The translations under genes were made by a program, and so were the position numbers. From Halarcobacter sp. (GTDB taxonomy: Bacteria > Campylobacterota > Campylobacteria > Campylobacterales > Arcobacteraceae), in assembly GCA_048571215.1 (NCBI GenBank), contig CP182352.1:3520001-3584000 (forward strand): DNA of 64,000 nt, written 5' to 3'. The first letter of the stretch is position 1. Each line of letters starts with the position of its first letter. Shown here one piece after another: positions 20,972 to 31,267 of this stretch. The notes under the pieces were generated by a model, which saw only the letters and a list, made by a program, of their open reading frames with translations, did no database searches and was not told where the DNA came from.

Positions 20972-21916
20972 ATGATAGATTTTTCTAGTTCATTAAATTT
21001 TTTGAAACCAAATATACAAATAGATTATAGTAGTTTTGATACTATAAAAGAGCATAACTATAAAAAACTTTTAACACTACTTGCAAAAAAATATAATCTT
21101 TCAAAATCAAAAATAGAATTATACAATGGCTATAGTTCATCAATATATTCTATATTGAAATTTTTGGATTTGAAGTATTGTTTTATCTATAAACCTTGTG
21201 AATTAGAATATCAAAAAGCAGCTATTAATCTAGGATATGAACTAAGGGCTATAAATAGATTTGAAAATATATATTTGCCCATAAAAGAGAAAAGTGTTGT
21301 TATCTTTATGAATCCTTCTTTTTTAGATGGGACATATTATGAACTAGATAAATTGTTTGAATATTGGGTTTCAAAAGATGCAAGAATAATTATAGATGAG
21401 AGTTTTTTAGATTATTGTAATCTAAAATCAAAAGTTGAAGATATAGAAAAATATGAAAATCTTTATGTCATAAAAGATTTTAGTAGATATTTTTCAAATA
21501 ATTTACTAAATGTTTCTTCTATTTTTTCAAGTGAAGAAAATATAAAGAAACTTAGAAAATATGAACCAAGTAGTAAACTTTCAATTTATGATATAAAATA
21601 TTTAGAAGAATCTTTAAAAGATGAAAAATTTAAAACTATATCAAATAGTGTAAATATAAAAAATAGGATTGAGCTTGAAAATGCTTTTTTTGCTACAGGA
21701 TTAGTTGATATAGTTTTTCAAAGCAGTTCAAATTCATTGTTGATAAAACTAAAAGATGAGGTAGATGTAGAAAGCTTGCAAAATAAATTTAAACAGAAAA
21801 ATATAAATATTTTAACTTGTGCTAAATATGACTTCTTGGATGAGTTTTATATAAATATCTATGTGAACTCTAAAGATAAAATTGAGAAGTTAAAAGAGGT
21901 TTTAGATGTTATTTAA
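20972..21916 (+). CDS. Degenerate class I/II PLP-fold protein (CobD/HisC-like) lacking the PLP lysine
   Basis: FMNPS, IIIDESFLDY, then YVIKDFSRYF where active members have S-x-(T/S)-K. Confidence 0.65.
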   Translation: MIDFSSSLNFLKPNIQIDYSSFDTIKEHNYKKLLTLLAKKYNLSKSKIELYNGYSSSIYSILKFLDLKYCFIYKPCELEYQKAAINLGYELRAINRFENIYLPIKEKSVVIFMNPSFLDGTYYELDKLFEYWVSKDARIIIDESFLDYCNLKSKVEDIEKYENLYVIKDFSRYFSNNLLNVSSIFSSEENIKKLRKYEPSSKLSIYDIKYLEESLKDEKFKTISNSVNIKNRIELENAFFATGLVDIVFQSSSNSLLIKLKDEVDVESLQNKFKQKNINILTCAKYDFLDEFYINIYVNSKDKIEKLKEVLDVI

Positions 21917-22505
21917 AAGTAAAACAGCTTATATTTTGTCTACACTTATCTCAATATTCTCTATTGTATTTTTTATCATTATTATTTATAAATCTTTTTT
22001 TATAGTTAAAAATCAGTTTATAGATATAGAAGGCTTAACTTATGTAAATCAAGTTCAAACAGATGATTATATAAAAAATTTAGCAAACAATTTAACACAA
22101 GGGTGTGATAATAAAGTTTGTGAAGTACAAAGTATGTTGGATTTTGTTACAAATATACCATACAAAGTGAATAAATCAGTTGCAAGAAGTGCACAAAATG
22201 TTATAAAACAAAACTTTGGGGATTGTGATGACAAGAGTAATTTACTTATTTCTCTACTTCATGCAAAAGGATATGAAGCTTATTTTGTAGTTGTACCAAA
22301 ACATATTTTTGTTATTGTTCATTTAAATAAAAAGATAAATAAAAAAGCACTTTATGTAAATGGTAAAGCCTATTATAAATTGGAAAGCACTGCAAAAGGT
22401 TCAACAATAGGGTTCCCCCTAAAATATAGATTTAGTGAGATAAAAGCTATTATTGATCCATTTAAAAATAAAAAGTTGGTAGTTGAGTCTTTATCTTACC
22501 AATAA
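21906..22505 (+). CDS. Membrane-anchored transglutaminase-like domain protein
   Basis: N-terminal TM; GDCDDKSNLL and PKHIF catalytic Cys/His region. Confidence 0.75.
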   Translation: MLFKSKTAYILSTLISIFSIVFFIIIIYKSFFIVKNQFIDIEGLTYVNQVQTDDYIKNLANNLTQGCDNKVCEVQSMLDFVTNIPYKVNKSVARSAQNVIKQNFGDCDDKSNLLISLLHAKGYEAYFVVVPKHIFVIVHLNKKINKKALYVNGKAYYKLESTAKGSTIGFPLKYRFSEIKAIIDPFKNKKLVVESLSYQ

Positions 22506-22616
22506 TAAAAGAACTATTTTCACTCATCTTTTGCATTGTTAGTTCTTTTATTTTAATTTAGTAAAATATTTTAAATGATAAAAACAAAGATATTAATAAA
22601 GGAAAATGATTAGACT

Positions 22617-23066
22617 ATGATAGCAGTGATTCAAAGAGTAAGTTCTTCAAGTGTAAAAGTAGAGGGTGATGTTGTTGGAAAAATAGGAAAAGGTTTAAAT
22701 ATTTTACTTGGTGTTAAAAAGGGTGACTCTAGTGAAGATATAAAAAAGTTGGTTTCAAAAATTGTAAATCTTAGAATTTTTCAAGATGAAAATGAGAAGA
22801 TGAATCTATCACTAAAAGATATCCAAGGTGAAGCTTTAGTTATCTCTCAATTTACACTTGCAGGCAATATAAAAAAAGGAAGGCGTCCAAGCTTTGATTT
22901 AAGTGAAACTCCCAAAATAGCAAATAAGCTTTATGAAGAGTTTATAGATGATATGATAAAAGAAGATATCAAAGTAGAATGTGGTCTCTTTGGTGCAAAG
23001 ATGGATGTAAGTATTCAAAACGATGGGCCAGTTACTTTTATAATAGATTCTAAGGAATTAAATTGA
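22617..23066 (+). CDS. dtd: D-aminoacyl-tRNA deacylase
   Basis: AVIQRV, SQFTL, GRRPSF, NDGPVT. Confidence 0.97.
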   Translation: MIAVIQRVSSSSVKVEGDVVGKIGKGLNILLGVKKGDSSEDIKKLVSKIVNLRIFQDENEKMNLSLKDIQGEALVISQFTLAGNIKKGRRPSFDLSETPKIANKLYEEFIDDMIKEDIKVECGLFGAKMDVSIQNDGPVTFIIDSKELN

Positions 23067-23488
23067 CATATAATGAATGGTTTGAAGCTCATGGAAAAAA
23101 ACATGCAAAGATAATAGAAAAACTAAAAGATAAAAGTGATGATGAGCTTATAGCGTATTTTAGATTTGATAATATGGTTAAAAAAGAGCCTGACTTTTGT
23201 CCACTATATAAGGATAATAAAAAGTGCCATGATTATGAAGAGTTGAACTGTTATTTATGTGCTTGTCCAAATTTTAGATTTGATGATGAGGGTTTTGAAA
23301 AACAAGGGGATAAAACTTTATTTTCTTATTGTAGTATTGATTCTAAAGATGGGGATCAATATCTTGGAGAAGATTATATTCATCAAAATTGTTCTGGGTG
23401 TTTAGTTCCCCATAAAGAAAGATATATAAAAAAACATTTTCATAGAAATTGGTTCAAAATCATGCAAAAGGTTAGTCCAAAACAATAG
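23063..23488 (+). CDS. Cysteine-rich small-domain protein
   Basis: FCPLY...KCH...LNCYLCACP...CSGCLVPH. Confidence 0.75.
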   Translation: MTYNEWFEAHGKKHAKIIEKLKDKSDDELIAYFRFDNMVKKEPDFCPLYKDNKKCHDYEELNCYLCACPNFRFDDEGFEKQGDKTLFSYCSIDSKDGDQYLGEDYIHQNCSGCLVPHKERYIKKHFHRNWFKIMQKVSPKQ

Positions 23489-24692
23489 AGAAGATATTTT
23501 CACCTTTGTGATGGGTATAGCTTAGTTTATAATCGTGTAGATTTGCAATGGTTTTTACTATATAGAGTCCAAGCCCAAAACCATCACTTCTTTTTTCCTC
23601 TTGAGAAAATGGTTCTGTGTAGTATTCTAGTTTATTTTTAAGAGGTTCCCCTTTTGAGATGACATCGATTCTATATTTAGTAGCTTTTATAGTTGCATGA
23701 TTATCTTCTGAAAACTTAATTGCATTGTCTATTAGATTTTTAAGGGCAATAGAAAACATAGAAGCATCTGCATTTAGTTTAAAGTCATTGATTTTTGTAC
23801 TGATTTTGCTAGCATTTATCATAGCAATCTCAATAGTTTTTGTATATATATTAAAAAATGAGGTTAACTCCTTGTAAACAAAAGTATTATTTGAGGTTAA
23901 CTTCTCAACCATTGCTAACTCTTTTATAATATCATCCATTCTGTGAAAAGCTTTTTGTAGAGTGTTTCTTTTTTTATCATCATCCAAAGTTTCAGCTATA
24001 AACATCGCTTTTGTAATTGGAGTTTTTAGTTCATGCATCATATTTCGCATAAATAGGTCTTTTGACTTTGTTTGGTTGTTAATATGTGTTATAGCATCAT
24101 TAAAAGTTTTTGCAATAGTTCCAATCTCATCTGAACTATTAGAGCATATTTTTACATTTAAATCCCCATTTGAAAATCTTTTTATCTCTTTATTTAATTT
24201 TTTAAGGGGTTTTAGTTTTCTTTTTAATATATAGTATAAGAGTACTAAAATACCCAATGAAAAGGTCATTGCAATAAAGATTATAATAAGATTGTATTTA
24301 TAACCTTGGGTATCTTGGAACATAATATTGTATCCATCTCTTTGCACATAGATATATAAAGTATCATCTAAAATATAGATTCTATACATCCCTTGGCTTG
24401 TATCTCTTAGGATTAATTGTTTTGCAGTATTTATAATATTTAGCTTAATATCATCATCTTCAATAAGTTTTATTTTAAATTGGTCTGTAAATATTTTTAC
24501 TCCACTTACAGTTGGTTTGGTATCTAAAGTTTTTAAAATACTTTCAGCTATTAATTCATGTTTTTTTTGAGTAGTTATTATATATCTTTGTTTATCTAAT
24601 TTTATAAAAATTGCAAAGGTAAGGGTAACAGCAATAACTGCCAAAATAAAAATAGTATTGATAAAAGCAGATATAGATATATTTTTTATCAT
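23472..24692 (-). CDS. cprS: ArsS/CprS-type sensor histidine kinase
   Basis: TM-HAMP, MHELKTPITK, GFGLGLYIV; same order as C. jejuni htrA-cprR-cprS. Confidence 0.75.
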   Translation of the reverse strand: MIKNISISAFINTIFILAVIAVTLTFAIFIKLDKQRYIITTQKKHELIAESILKTLDTKPTVSGVKIFTDQFKIKLIEDDDIKLNIINTAKQLILRDTSQGMYRIYILDDTLYIYVQRDGYNIMFQDTQGYKYNLIIIFIAMTFSLGILVLLYYILKRKLKPLKKLNKEIKRFSNGDLNVKICSNSSDEIGTIAKTFNDAITHINNQTKSKDLFMRNMMHELKTPITKAMFIAETLDDDKKRNTLQKAFHRMDDIIKELAMVEKLTSNNTFVYKELTSFFNIYTKTIEIAMINASKISTKINDFKLNADASMFSIALKNLIDNAIKFSEDNHATIKATKYRIDVISKGEPLKNKLEYYTEPFSQEEKRSDGFGLGLYIVKTIANLHDYKLSYTHHKGENIFSIVLD

Positions 24693-25363
24693 AAAAGTTG
24701 GTAACCTATTCCTCGTACAGATTTTATATAGGTTTTACTATCATCAATTTTAGATAGTTTTGAACGGATTCTAGAAACCATAACATCAATATTTTTTAAA
24801 CTACTATCATCTTCTATATGGTCACTAGCATAAATAAAATCTTCCCTTGCTATAACAGCACCATTTCTTTGAATAAGAAGTTTTAATATATCAAATTCTG
24901 CTAAGGTAAGGGTTAGAAGTTGCTCTTTAAAATATATTTGAATATCATCCTCTTTTAGTAAAAAATCAGATTTTTTTATATTATCTTGTTTTTTCTCTAA
25001 AGGAGTTATCCTTTTTAAAATAGCCTTTATTCTAGCTTGTAGCTCTCTTGGATTGTATGGTTTAGGAAGATAATCATCAGCGCCTCTTTCTAATCCCATT
25101 ACTTTATCTAAGATATCATCCCTTGCACTAGAGATAATAATAGGAATTTCTGATTTTTGTCTAATTTTTGGAATTAATTCTAGACCATCTATTTCAGGTA
25201 GGGTCAAATCTAAGATAATTAGTTTATAATCTTTCAAACTTAGCATTGATAGCCCATTATATGGGCTATCTGTATTTGTAACTTCTATATCATAAGAAGC
25301 TAAATAGTCAGTGATGATTTGTGCTAGCTCTAAATCATCCTCTATCATAAGTACTTGTACTAT
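24689..25363 (-). CDS. cprR: OmpR-family response regulator (CprR/ArsR-like); probable ATA start at 25363 (first ATG is 25348)
   Basis: (I)VQVLMIEDD, LDLTLP, GADDYLPKPY, VRGIGY; AAGGA SD 6 nt before ATA; downstream of htrA. Confidence 0.78.
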   Translation of the reverse strand: MVQVLMIEDDLELAQIITDYLASYDIEVTNTDSPYNGLSMLSLKDYKLIILDLTLPEIDGLELIPKIRQKSEIPIIISSARDDILDKVMGLERGADDYLPKPYNPRELQARIKAILKRITPLEKKQDNIKKSDFLLKEDDIQIYFKEQLLTLTLAEFDILKLLIQRNGAVIAREDFIYASDHIEDDSSLKNIDVMVSRIRSKLSKIDDSKTYIKSVRGIGYQLL

Positions 25364-25373
25364 GGCAAATCCT

Positions 25374-26792
25374 TTATTTAATAGCTAAAAGAATAGTTTG
25401 TCCATATCTATTGACATAAACTCTTTTGTTTTTATTATTATACTTTCTTATAGCTTGTTGTACATCAGCGAAACTCTTAATTTCTATATCTTCTATTTGA
25501 ATAATAACATCACCTGCTTGAAAACCAACTTTTTCAGCTTGTGAATTTGGTTCTACTCCTGTTACTAAAACTCCAGTTGAATTTGAACTAAGTCTAAATC
25601 TTTGGATCATATTTGCATCTAATTCTGATAGAAGTAAACCACCTAAAAAATTCCCATTATTTGCATCTGATGTTACAAGTCCAGCCCTATTTCCTAGGGT
25701 AATATTAAGTTCGATATTTCTTTTATCTCTTTCAAGTTTTATTGATACAGTATCATTTGGTTTAAATGAAGCGATAACATTTTGTAAATCTTTTCTATTT
25801 TTAATCTCTTTATTGTTTATAGAGTAGATTAAATCTCCCCTTTTTAGTCCAGCTTTTTGTGCAGGTGTGTCATTTGCAACATCTAAGATTAATGCCCCTT
25901 TATTATGTGAATAAAGTTTTTCTATATTTGGTTTTAAATCATCTATTACAACACCTAAATAACCTCTTGTAACTTTTCCATCAGCAATAAGTTTTTTTGC
26001 TACATCTTTTACCATTGAGATAGGAATTGCAAAACCAATACCATTGTTTCCACCACTTTTTGAGATAATTGCACTATTAATACCAATTAAAGCACCTCTA
26101 CTATCTACAAGTGCACCACCTGAGTTTCCTGGGTTAATTGAAGCATCTGTTTGAATAAAGTTTTCATATCTATTTATACCTACATGGTCTTTATTTAGTG
26201 CAGAGATAATACCTTGGGTTACTGTTGTACCTATCCCAAATGGGTTCCCAATAGCAAAAATCAAATCTCCAACTTTTAAATCAGTTGAGTAGCCAAATTC
26301 GATTGCTTTAAAATTGTTACCTTCTATTTTTATAACTGCCAAATCACTATCAGAGTCTTTTCCTATAACTCTTGCGTTGTACTCTTTTGGGTTATCCCCA
26401 ATAGTTACAGATATCTCATCTGCATTTTCAACAACATGATTATTTGTAATTATATAACCATCTTTCGAGATAATAACACCAGAACCAAGTGATCTTTGAA
26501 TTTTATTTTGCTGAAATCTATCATTAAATTGATCTCCAAAAAATCTTCTTAAAAATGGGTCATTGAACATTTGAAATGGGATATTTCCTGCATTTGCAAT
26601 TACCCTTCTTTTGGCTGCAATATTTACAACTGATTTCATTGAGTCTTTAATACTGTTGTTAAAAGATAAAATTTCATTAGCACTATTTGGAATTACTCTT
26701 GCAGGTTCTTTTGGTGCCATTTGAAATTCAACATTGGCTGCAAATATATTGGTAGCAATTAATGTAGCTATCAAAAAACTTTTGTTTAACAT
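25374..26792 (-). CDS. htrA: Periplasmic serine protease HtrA/DegQ with two PDZ domains
   Basis: LGSGVI, TNNHVV, DLAVIK, IQTDASINPGNSGGAL. Confidence 0.96.
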   Translation of the reverse strand: MLNKSFLIATLIATNIFAANVEFQMAPKEPARVIPNSANEILSFNNSIKDSMKSVVNIAAKRRVIANAGNIPFQMFNDPFLRRFFGDQFNDRFQQNKIQRSLGSGVIISKDGYIITNNHVVENADEISVTIGDNPKEYNARVIGKDSDSDLAVIKIEGNNFKAIEFGYSTDLKVGDLIFAIGNPFGIGTTVTQGIISALNKDHVGINRYENFIQTDASINPGNSGGALVDSRGALIGINSAIISKSGGNNGIGFAIPISMVKDVAKKLIADGKVTRGYLGVVIDDLKPNIEKLYSHNKGALILDVANDTPAQKAGLKRGDLIYSINNKEIKNRKDLQNVIASFKPNDTVSIKLERDKRNIELNITLGNRAGLVTSDANNGNFLGGLLLSELDANMIQRFRLSSNSTGVLVTGVEPNSQAEKVGFQAGDVIIQIEDIEIKSFADVQQAIRKYNNKNKRVYVNRYGQTILLAIK

Positions 26793-26826
26793 TTTTGGTC
26801 CTTCTTAAAATTTTATTAATATTTAA

Positions 26827-26870
26827 ATTATAATAGCTAAATGTAAACTATTATTGAATAAAATGTAAAT
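26827..26870 (-). promoter_or_regulatory. htrA promoter with candidate CprR boxes
   Basis: TATAAT on minus strand (26832-26827); AAATGTAAA repeated 22 bp apart, giving GTAAAC (26843) and GTAAAT (26865) on the + strand. Confidence 0.5.
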
Positions 26871-26919
26871 AAATAATTAACGCAAAGTGTAGAAATTGTG
26901 GAGTTTTGAAGGGTTTTTG

Positions 26920-26948
26920 CTAAGATGTAGTATAAAACTACATCTTAG
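26920..26948 (-). terminator. ilvD terminator hairpin
   Basis: CTAAGATGTAG-TATAAAA-CTACATCTTAG immediately after the stop. Confidence 0.6.
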
Positions 26949-26950
26949 TA

Positions 26951-28642
26951 TTAAAATAGGTCAGTTTTTAAAACAGCTCCACTACTTGCATTTGTAACTA
27001 AGCTTCTATATTGTCCTAACCATTTAGATTTTAGAGTCTTTTTAAGAGGAGTAAACTCTGCTTTTCTTTTTTCTATCTCTTCCTCAGATAAGTTTACAGA
27101 TAAAATATATTGGTCAACATCAATATGAATCTCATCACCATCTTTAAGTAAACCAATCATTCCACCTTCAGCAGCTTCAGGAGATACATGTCCAATTGAA
27201 GCTCCTCTTGTAGCACCTGAAAATCTTCCATCAGTGATAAGGGCAACTTTATCTCCAAGTCCCATACCCATGATAAGTGAAGTTGGAGCTAGCATCTCTT
27301 GCATACCTGGGCCACCTTTTGGACCTTCATATCTAATAACAACTACATCGCCAGCTTTTACTTTACCACCAACAATTCCAGCAATTGCTTCAGGTTGTCC
27401 ATCAAAACAAACAGCACTACCTGTAAATACTCTTTCTCCTGTTATACCAGCAGTTTTGATAACAGCACCTTGTTCTGCTAAATTTCCATAAAGAATAGCA
27501 AGACCACCAACTTTTGAATAAGGGTTATCAATAGTATGGATGATATTAGTATCTTTTATATATGCATCAGAGATTTTTTCATATAAAGACTCACCTGAGA
27601 TAGTTAAATTATCTATTAAGATATCATCACCTCTTTTTGTCATCTCTTTCATAACTGCATTAACCCCACCAGCTTTATTTATATCTTCCATGTGTACTGT
27701 TGAAAGTGATGGAGAGATTTTAGCTATATGTGAGACTTTTTTAGAAATAGAGTTTATATCTTCAAGATTAAAACTAACTTCTGCTTCTTTTGCAATAGCA
27801 AGCATATGTAGAACTGTATTTGAACTTCCACCCATTGCCATATCAACTGCAAAAGCATTTCTAACTGCATTTTCATTTAAGATATTTCTTAATTGATATT
27901 TTTCTCTTGCTTTTGCATCTTTTGCTATTTCACAAATTCTTCTTGCAGCTTTTCTATATAACTCTTCTCTTTCAGGGGTTAAAGCTAGTATTGTTCCATT
28001 TCCTGGAAGTGCAATTCCCATAGCTTCCATAAGTGTATTCATAGAGTTAGCTGTAAACATACCAGAACATGAACCTCCACTAGGACAGGCATTACATTCA
28101 ATATCTTTTAAGTCTTCATCACTCATTTGACCAGCTTCATGTTTTCCCACTGCTTCAAATGCAGTAGCTAAATCAATAGGAGTTCCATCTTTAGTATGAC
28201 CTTTTTGCATAGGTCCACCTGAAACAAATATTGTAGGTACATTTACTCTTAATGCACCCATTATCATACCTGGAACAATTTTATCACAGTTTGGAATAGC
28301 AATCATGGCATCAAGTTTATGTGCATTCATTACTGTTTCAATAGAGTTTGCAATTATCTCTCTACTTGGTAAGGAAAAAAGCATACCATCATGACCCATA
28401 GCAATACCATCATCAACACCAATAGTATTAAACTCAAAAGGAACACAACCATTTGCTTTTATCTCATCTTTTATAATATCTGATACTTTATCTAAGAAAA
28501 AATGTCCTGGAATCAACTCTATAAATGAGTTAGCAACACCAATAAATGGTTTGTCAAAATCTTCATCTTTTAATCCTGTAGCTCTTAACAATGACCTATG
28601 AGGCGTTCTATCAAAACCTTTTTTTACTTCATCACTTCTCAT
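26951..28642 (-). CDS. ilvD: Dihydroxy-acid dehydratase
   Basis: [40 protein letters not shown]. Confidence 0.98.
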   Translation of the reverse strand: MRSDEVKKGFDRTPHRSLLRATGLKDEDFDKPFIGVANSFIELIPGHFFLDKVSDIIKDEIKANGCVPFEFNTIGVDDGIAMGHDGMLFSLPSREIIANSIETVMNAHKLDAMIAIPNCDKIVPGMIMGALRVNVPTIFVSGGPMQKGHTKDGTPIDLATAFEAVGKHEAGQMSDEDLKDIECNACPSGGSCSGMFTANSMNTLMEAMGIALPGNGTILALTPEREELYRKAARRICEIAKDAKAREKYQLRNILNENAVRNAFAVDMAMGGSSNTVLHMLAIAKEAEVSFNLEDINSISKKVSHIAKISPSLSTVHMEDINKAGGVNAVMKEMTKRGDDILIDNLTISGESLYEKISDAYIKDTNIIHTIDNPYSKVGGLAILYGNLAEQGAVIKTAGITGERVFTGSAVCFDGQPEAIAGIVGGKVKAGDVVVIRYEGPKGGPGMQEMLAPTSLIMGMGLGDKVALITDGRFSGATRGASIGHVSPEAAEGGMIGLLKDGDEIHIDVDQYILSVNLSEEEIEKRKAEFTPLKKTLKSKWLGQYRSLVTNASSGAVLKTDLF

Positions 28643-28711
28643 AAAAACAACCTTTAAATATTTAAATTAAAATGATTATATCAAAAATTTTAAAAAATTT
28701 TATTAAAACTC

Positions 28712-28740
28712 TTGACAAATAAAAAATTTTTGAATATAAT
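28712..28740 (+). promoter_or_regulatory. Sigma70 promoter of the tRNA operon
   Basis: TTGACA-17 nt-TATAAT, perfect consensus. Confidence 0.88.
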
Positions 28741-28788
28741 TCCACTCCAATTTGAAAGAAACGTCTTTCAAATACTACAATTTAGAGT

Positions 28789-28875
28789 GCGAGTGTGGCG
28801 GAATAGGTAGACGCGTGGGACTTAAAATCCCATTCCGGTTTCGGAGTGTGAGTTCGATTCTCACCATTCGCACCA
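28789..28875 (+). tRNA. tRNA-Leu(TAA)
   Basis: Acceptor GCGAGTG/CATTCGC, anticodon arm TGGGA-CTTAAAA-TCCCA, long variable arm, GTTCGA, CCA end. Confidence 0.96.
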
Positions 28876-28900
28876 CTTTAATTATAATCAAAATACTAGT

Positions 28901-28989
28901 AGAGAGTTGACAGAGTTGGTCGAATGTACCGGTTTTGAAAACCGGCGAGGTTCACGCCTCCGAGGGTTCGAATCCCTTGCTCTCTGCCA
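28901..28989 (+). tRNA. tRNA-Ser(TGA)
   Basis: Acceptor AGAGAGT/GCTCTCT, anticodon arm CCGGT-TTTGAAA-ACCGG, long variable arm, GGTTCGAATCC, G73-CCA. Confidence 0.95.
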
Positions 28990-29049
28990 CTATATATAAA
29001 TCATCTAACTTTTTTTAAATTTTAAATGATTTACTCAAAACTTTTTGTT

Positions 29050-29125
29050 GGAGCTATAGCAAAGCTGGTAATGCCTCGGATTGCAAATCCGATATGCGTT
29101 GGTTCGAGTCCGACTAGCTCCTCCA
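29050..29125 (+). tRNA. tRNA-Cys(GCA)
   Basis: Acceptor GGAGCTA/TAGCTCC, anticodon arm TCGGA-TTGCAAA-TCCGA, U73-CCA. Confidence 0.96.
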
Positions 29126-29206
29126 CTTTTTTTTAATCAAATACATTATTATCAATGTATTTACAATATTAATTTGTAAGCTAGTATTAGTTCTTAAGTT
29201 TTTATT

Positions 29207-31018
29207 CTAATCTTTATATTTTTCATGAATTTCAACAATCTCATCAAAAGAGTCAATAAAAGCTTTTACACATTTTGGATCAAAATGTGTACCACTTTGT
29301 TTTATTATAATCTCTTTTGCTTTTGATGCTGGCATACTATTTTTATAACATCTTTTTGAAACTAAAGCATCAAATACATCAGCAATTGCAACAATTCTTG
29401 CAAATAGAGGTATTTCATTCTCTTTTAATTTTTGTGGATAGCCAGTTCCATCCCATTTTTCATGGTGATAAAGTGCTATAACTCTTCCATTTTCCATTAG
29501 ATTTGAGCTTGGATTATCTAAGATATTGGCACCTATTTTTGAGTGTGTTTCCATTACAACTCTTTCTTCAGGGGATAATTTTGCAGGTTTCATTAAGATA
29601 TTATCGGGAATGGCAAGTTTACCTATATCGTGCATACCACTTGCATGTTTTAAAATATAAAGGTCATCATCACTAAGATTAAGTTTTTTCCCAATAGCTA
29701 CACAATAATAACCTATTCTTTTGATATGCTCAGCCGTATCTGTATCTTTGAATTCAGAAGCAATAGCAAGTCTTAATAACGTGTCTGTATAAGCTTTTTT
29801 TAGACTATTTTTCATCTTATTAGATGCATTGATTGTTTCATTAAACTCAGTAAATATTGTTGGTTTTAAATCTGGGATATTAAGATTTAAATTATTCAAC
29901 TCTTTTGCCATATATTGCAGTTTTTGTATAGAATTATTTATTGACCTTGCAACAAAATATCCAATAATAATAAATAAAAAACCAAATATTATAGTAATTA
30001 AAATATTTAGTTGTTGATTTCTTTTTATAGTTCCCAAATAGTCATCTTCTGGCAAATACATACCTATTATCCACTTTATATTATTCATATTAAAGGGTAT
30101 AAATAGACTATGATATGTGGTGCCATCGTCTGTTGTAAAAGTTAAATATTCTCTTTTGTTTATATTAAATCCATTCTTAGCTTTAATTATATTGTATGCT
30201 TTTAATGCAATCTCATCTCCAAGTTGATGAATATCTTTTAACTCCGATTTATTTTCTTTTTTTATAACAACATTTTTATTTGGAAAAGCCATCATTTTTA
30301 ATGTATCATCCATCATAAAAACTTTACTATTTTTACTTATTTTAAGACTTGTGATAAATTTTGTTAATTCACTTATCTCTATATCTACTCCAATAACACC
30401 TTCAAACTCATTATTTGAATTATAAATTGGAGATGCAGTTGTTATTCCTAACTTTTGAGAAGTAAAAAAGATATATGGATTTGTCCAAATTAAACTTTTT
30501 TTCTCTACTGCTTTTTTAAACCAAATTCTAGATCTTGGGTCATATAGCCCTTTAGATGTTGTTTTTTCTAAAATATTTTTCATTGTATTATCATATTGAA
30601 TTTTTAAAGCTACTTTTTCCCCTAATTCATTTGTAAAAACTCTTTTTGCAAAATAACCTTTTTTATTTTTTAATAACATTGTAAAATTACTATTTTTATT
30701 TCCATAATAGAGGGCTGAAAACTCTTTATTTATTTGTAGCTGTTCATAAAAGTAGTGAATCATCAAGTTAAAATCTTTGCTATTTACAACTTTATTTGAA
30801 GCTAATCTTTGTGATAAATTTGCGGCATCTTTCGCTTTATACATAAACTGTTTTGATTTGTCTAATGCAAAATCGGAAATATTTAACATAATTTGATTTG
30901 CATGTTTTAACATAGATTGTTTTGATGAATAGTATGATGAAAATACAATAATACTAATTAAGAAAAAAGTACCTAAAACTAATCCTATCATTAATAAAGT
31001 TTTTATTGATAATCTCAA
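29207..31018 (-). CDS. dCache-HAMP-HD-GYP cyclic-dinucleotide phosphodiesterase
   Basis: Two TMs; YDPRSRIWF and WTNPYIF (dCache); HDIGK, HHEKWDGTGYP, ADVFDAL; AGGAG SD before TTG. Confidence 0.9.
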   Translation of the reverse strand: MRLSIKTLLMIGLVLGTFFLISIIVFSSYYSSKQSMLKHANQIMLNISDFALDKSKQFMYKAKDAANLSQRLASNKVVNSKDFNLMIHYFYEQLQINKEFSALYYGNKNSNFTMLLKNKKGYFAKRVFTNELGEKVALKIQYDNTMKNILEKTTSKGLYDPRSRIWFKKAVEKKSLIWTNPYIFFTSQKLGITTASPIYNSNNEFEGVIGVDIEISELTKFITSLKISKNSKVFMMDDTLKMMAFPNKNVVIKKENKSELKDIHQLGDEIALKAYNIIKAKNGFNINKREYLTFTTDDGTTYHSLFIPFNMNNIKWIIGMYLPEDDYLGTIKRNQQLNILITIIFGFLFIIIGYFVARSINNSIQKLQYMAKELNNLNLNIPDLKPTIFTEFNETINASNKMKNSLKKAYTDTLLRLAIASEFKDTDTAEHIKRIGYYCVAIGKKLNLSDDDLYILKHASGMHDIGKLAIPDNILMKPAKLSPEERVVMETHSKIGANILDNPSSNLMENGRVIALYHHEKWDGTGYPQKLKENEIPLFARIVAIADVFDALVSKRCYKNSMPASKAKEIIIKQSGTHFDPKCVKAFIDSFDEIVEIHEKYKD

Positions 31019-31267
31019 TTGAACTCCTAGTATTAAGCTCTTAAGTTAGTATAGTATAAATAAGATTAATTTATAATTGCATAAATTATAGTTATCTAAA
31101 AGTTCAATATTCTATAGTTTATTAAGAGATAAATAGATAATTTTTATTTAAATTATGACAAATTTATAAATTTCTTTATATTATAAGTTCAGCTTATGTA
31201 ATATTAAGTTTATTTTTAACTTTAATGCGTATAATTACTTTGATTAATTTCATGCATATCTATAGTT

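Noticed and set aside
21906..22505. Transglutaminase-like protein as the LapG protease for the giant adhesin
   Set aside because: Has GDCDDKS rather than the LapG-type GDCEDYAIAK motif, no adjacent lapD, and lies 28 kb away in another operon
22504..22552. 13-bp inverted repeat AATAAAAGAACTA/TAGTTCTTTTATT
   Set aside because: AT-rich with a 23-nt loop right after a stop codon; most simply a weak terminator
28901..28989. Possible tRNA-Sec or suppressor because TGA appears in the loop
   Set aside because: Anticodon TGA reads UCA (Ser); tRNA-Sec has anticodon TCA and a longer acceptor stem
3216..30017. Many short antisense ORFs in the track (e.g. 4089, 4632, 5124, 17611, 27234, 27540)
   Set aside because: Shadows of well-supported genes on the opposite strand, with no recognisable motifs
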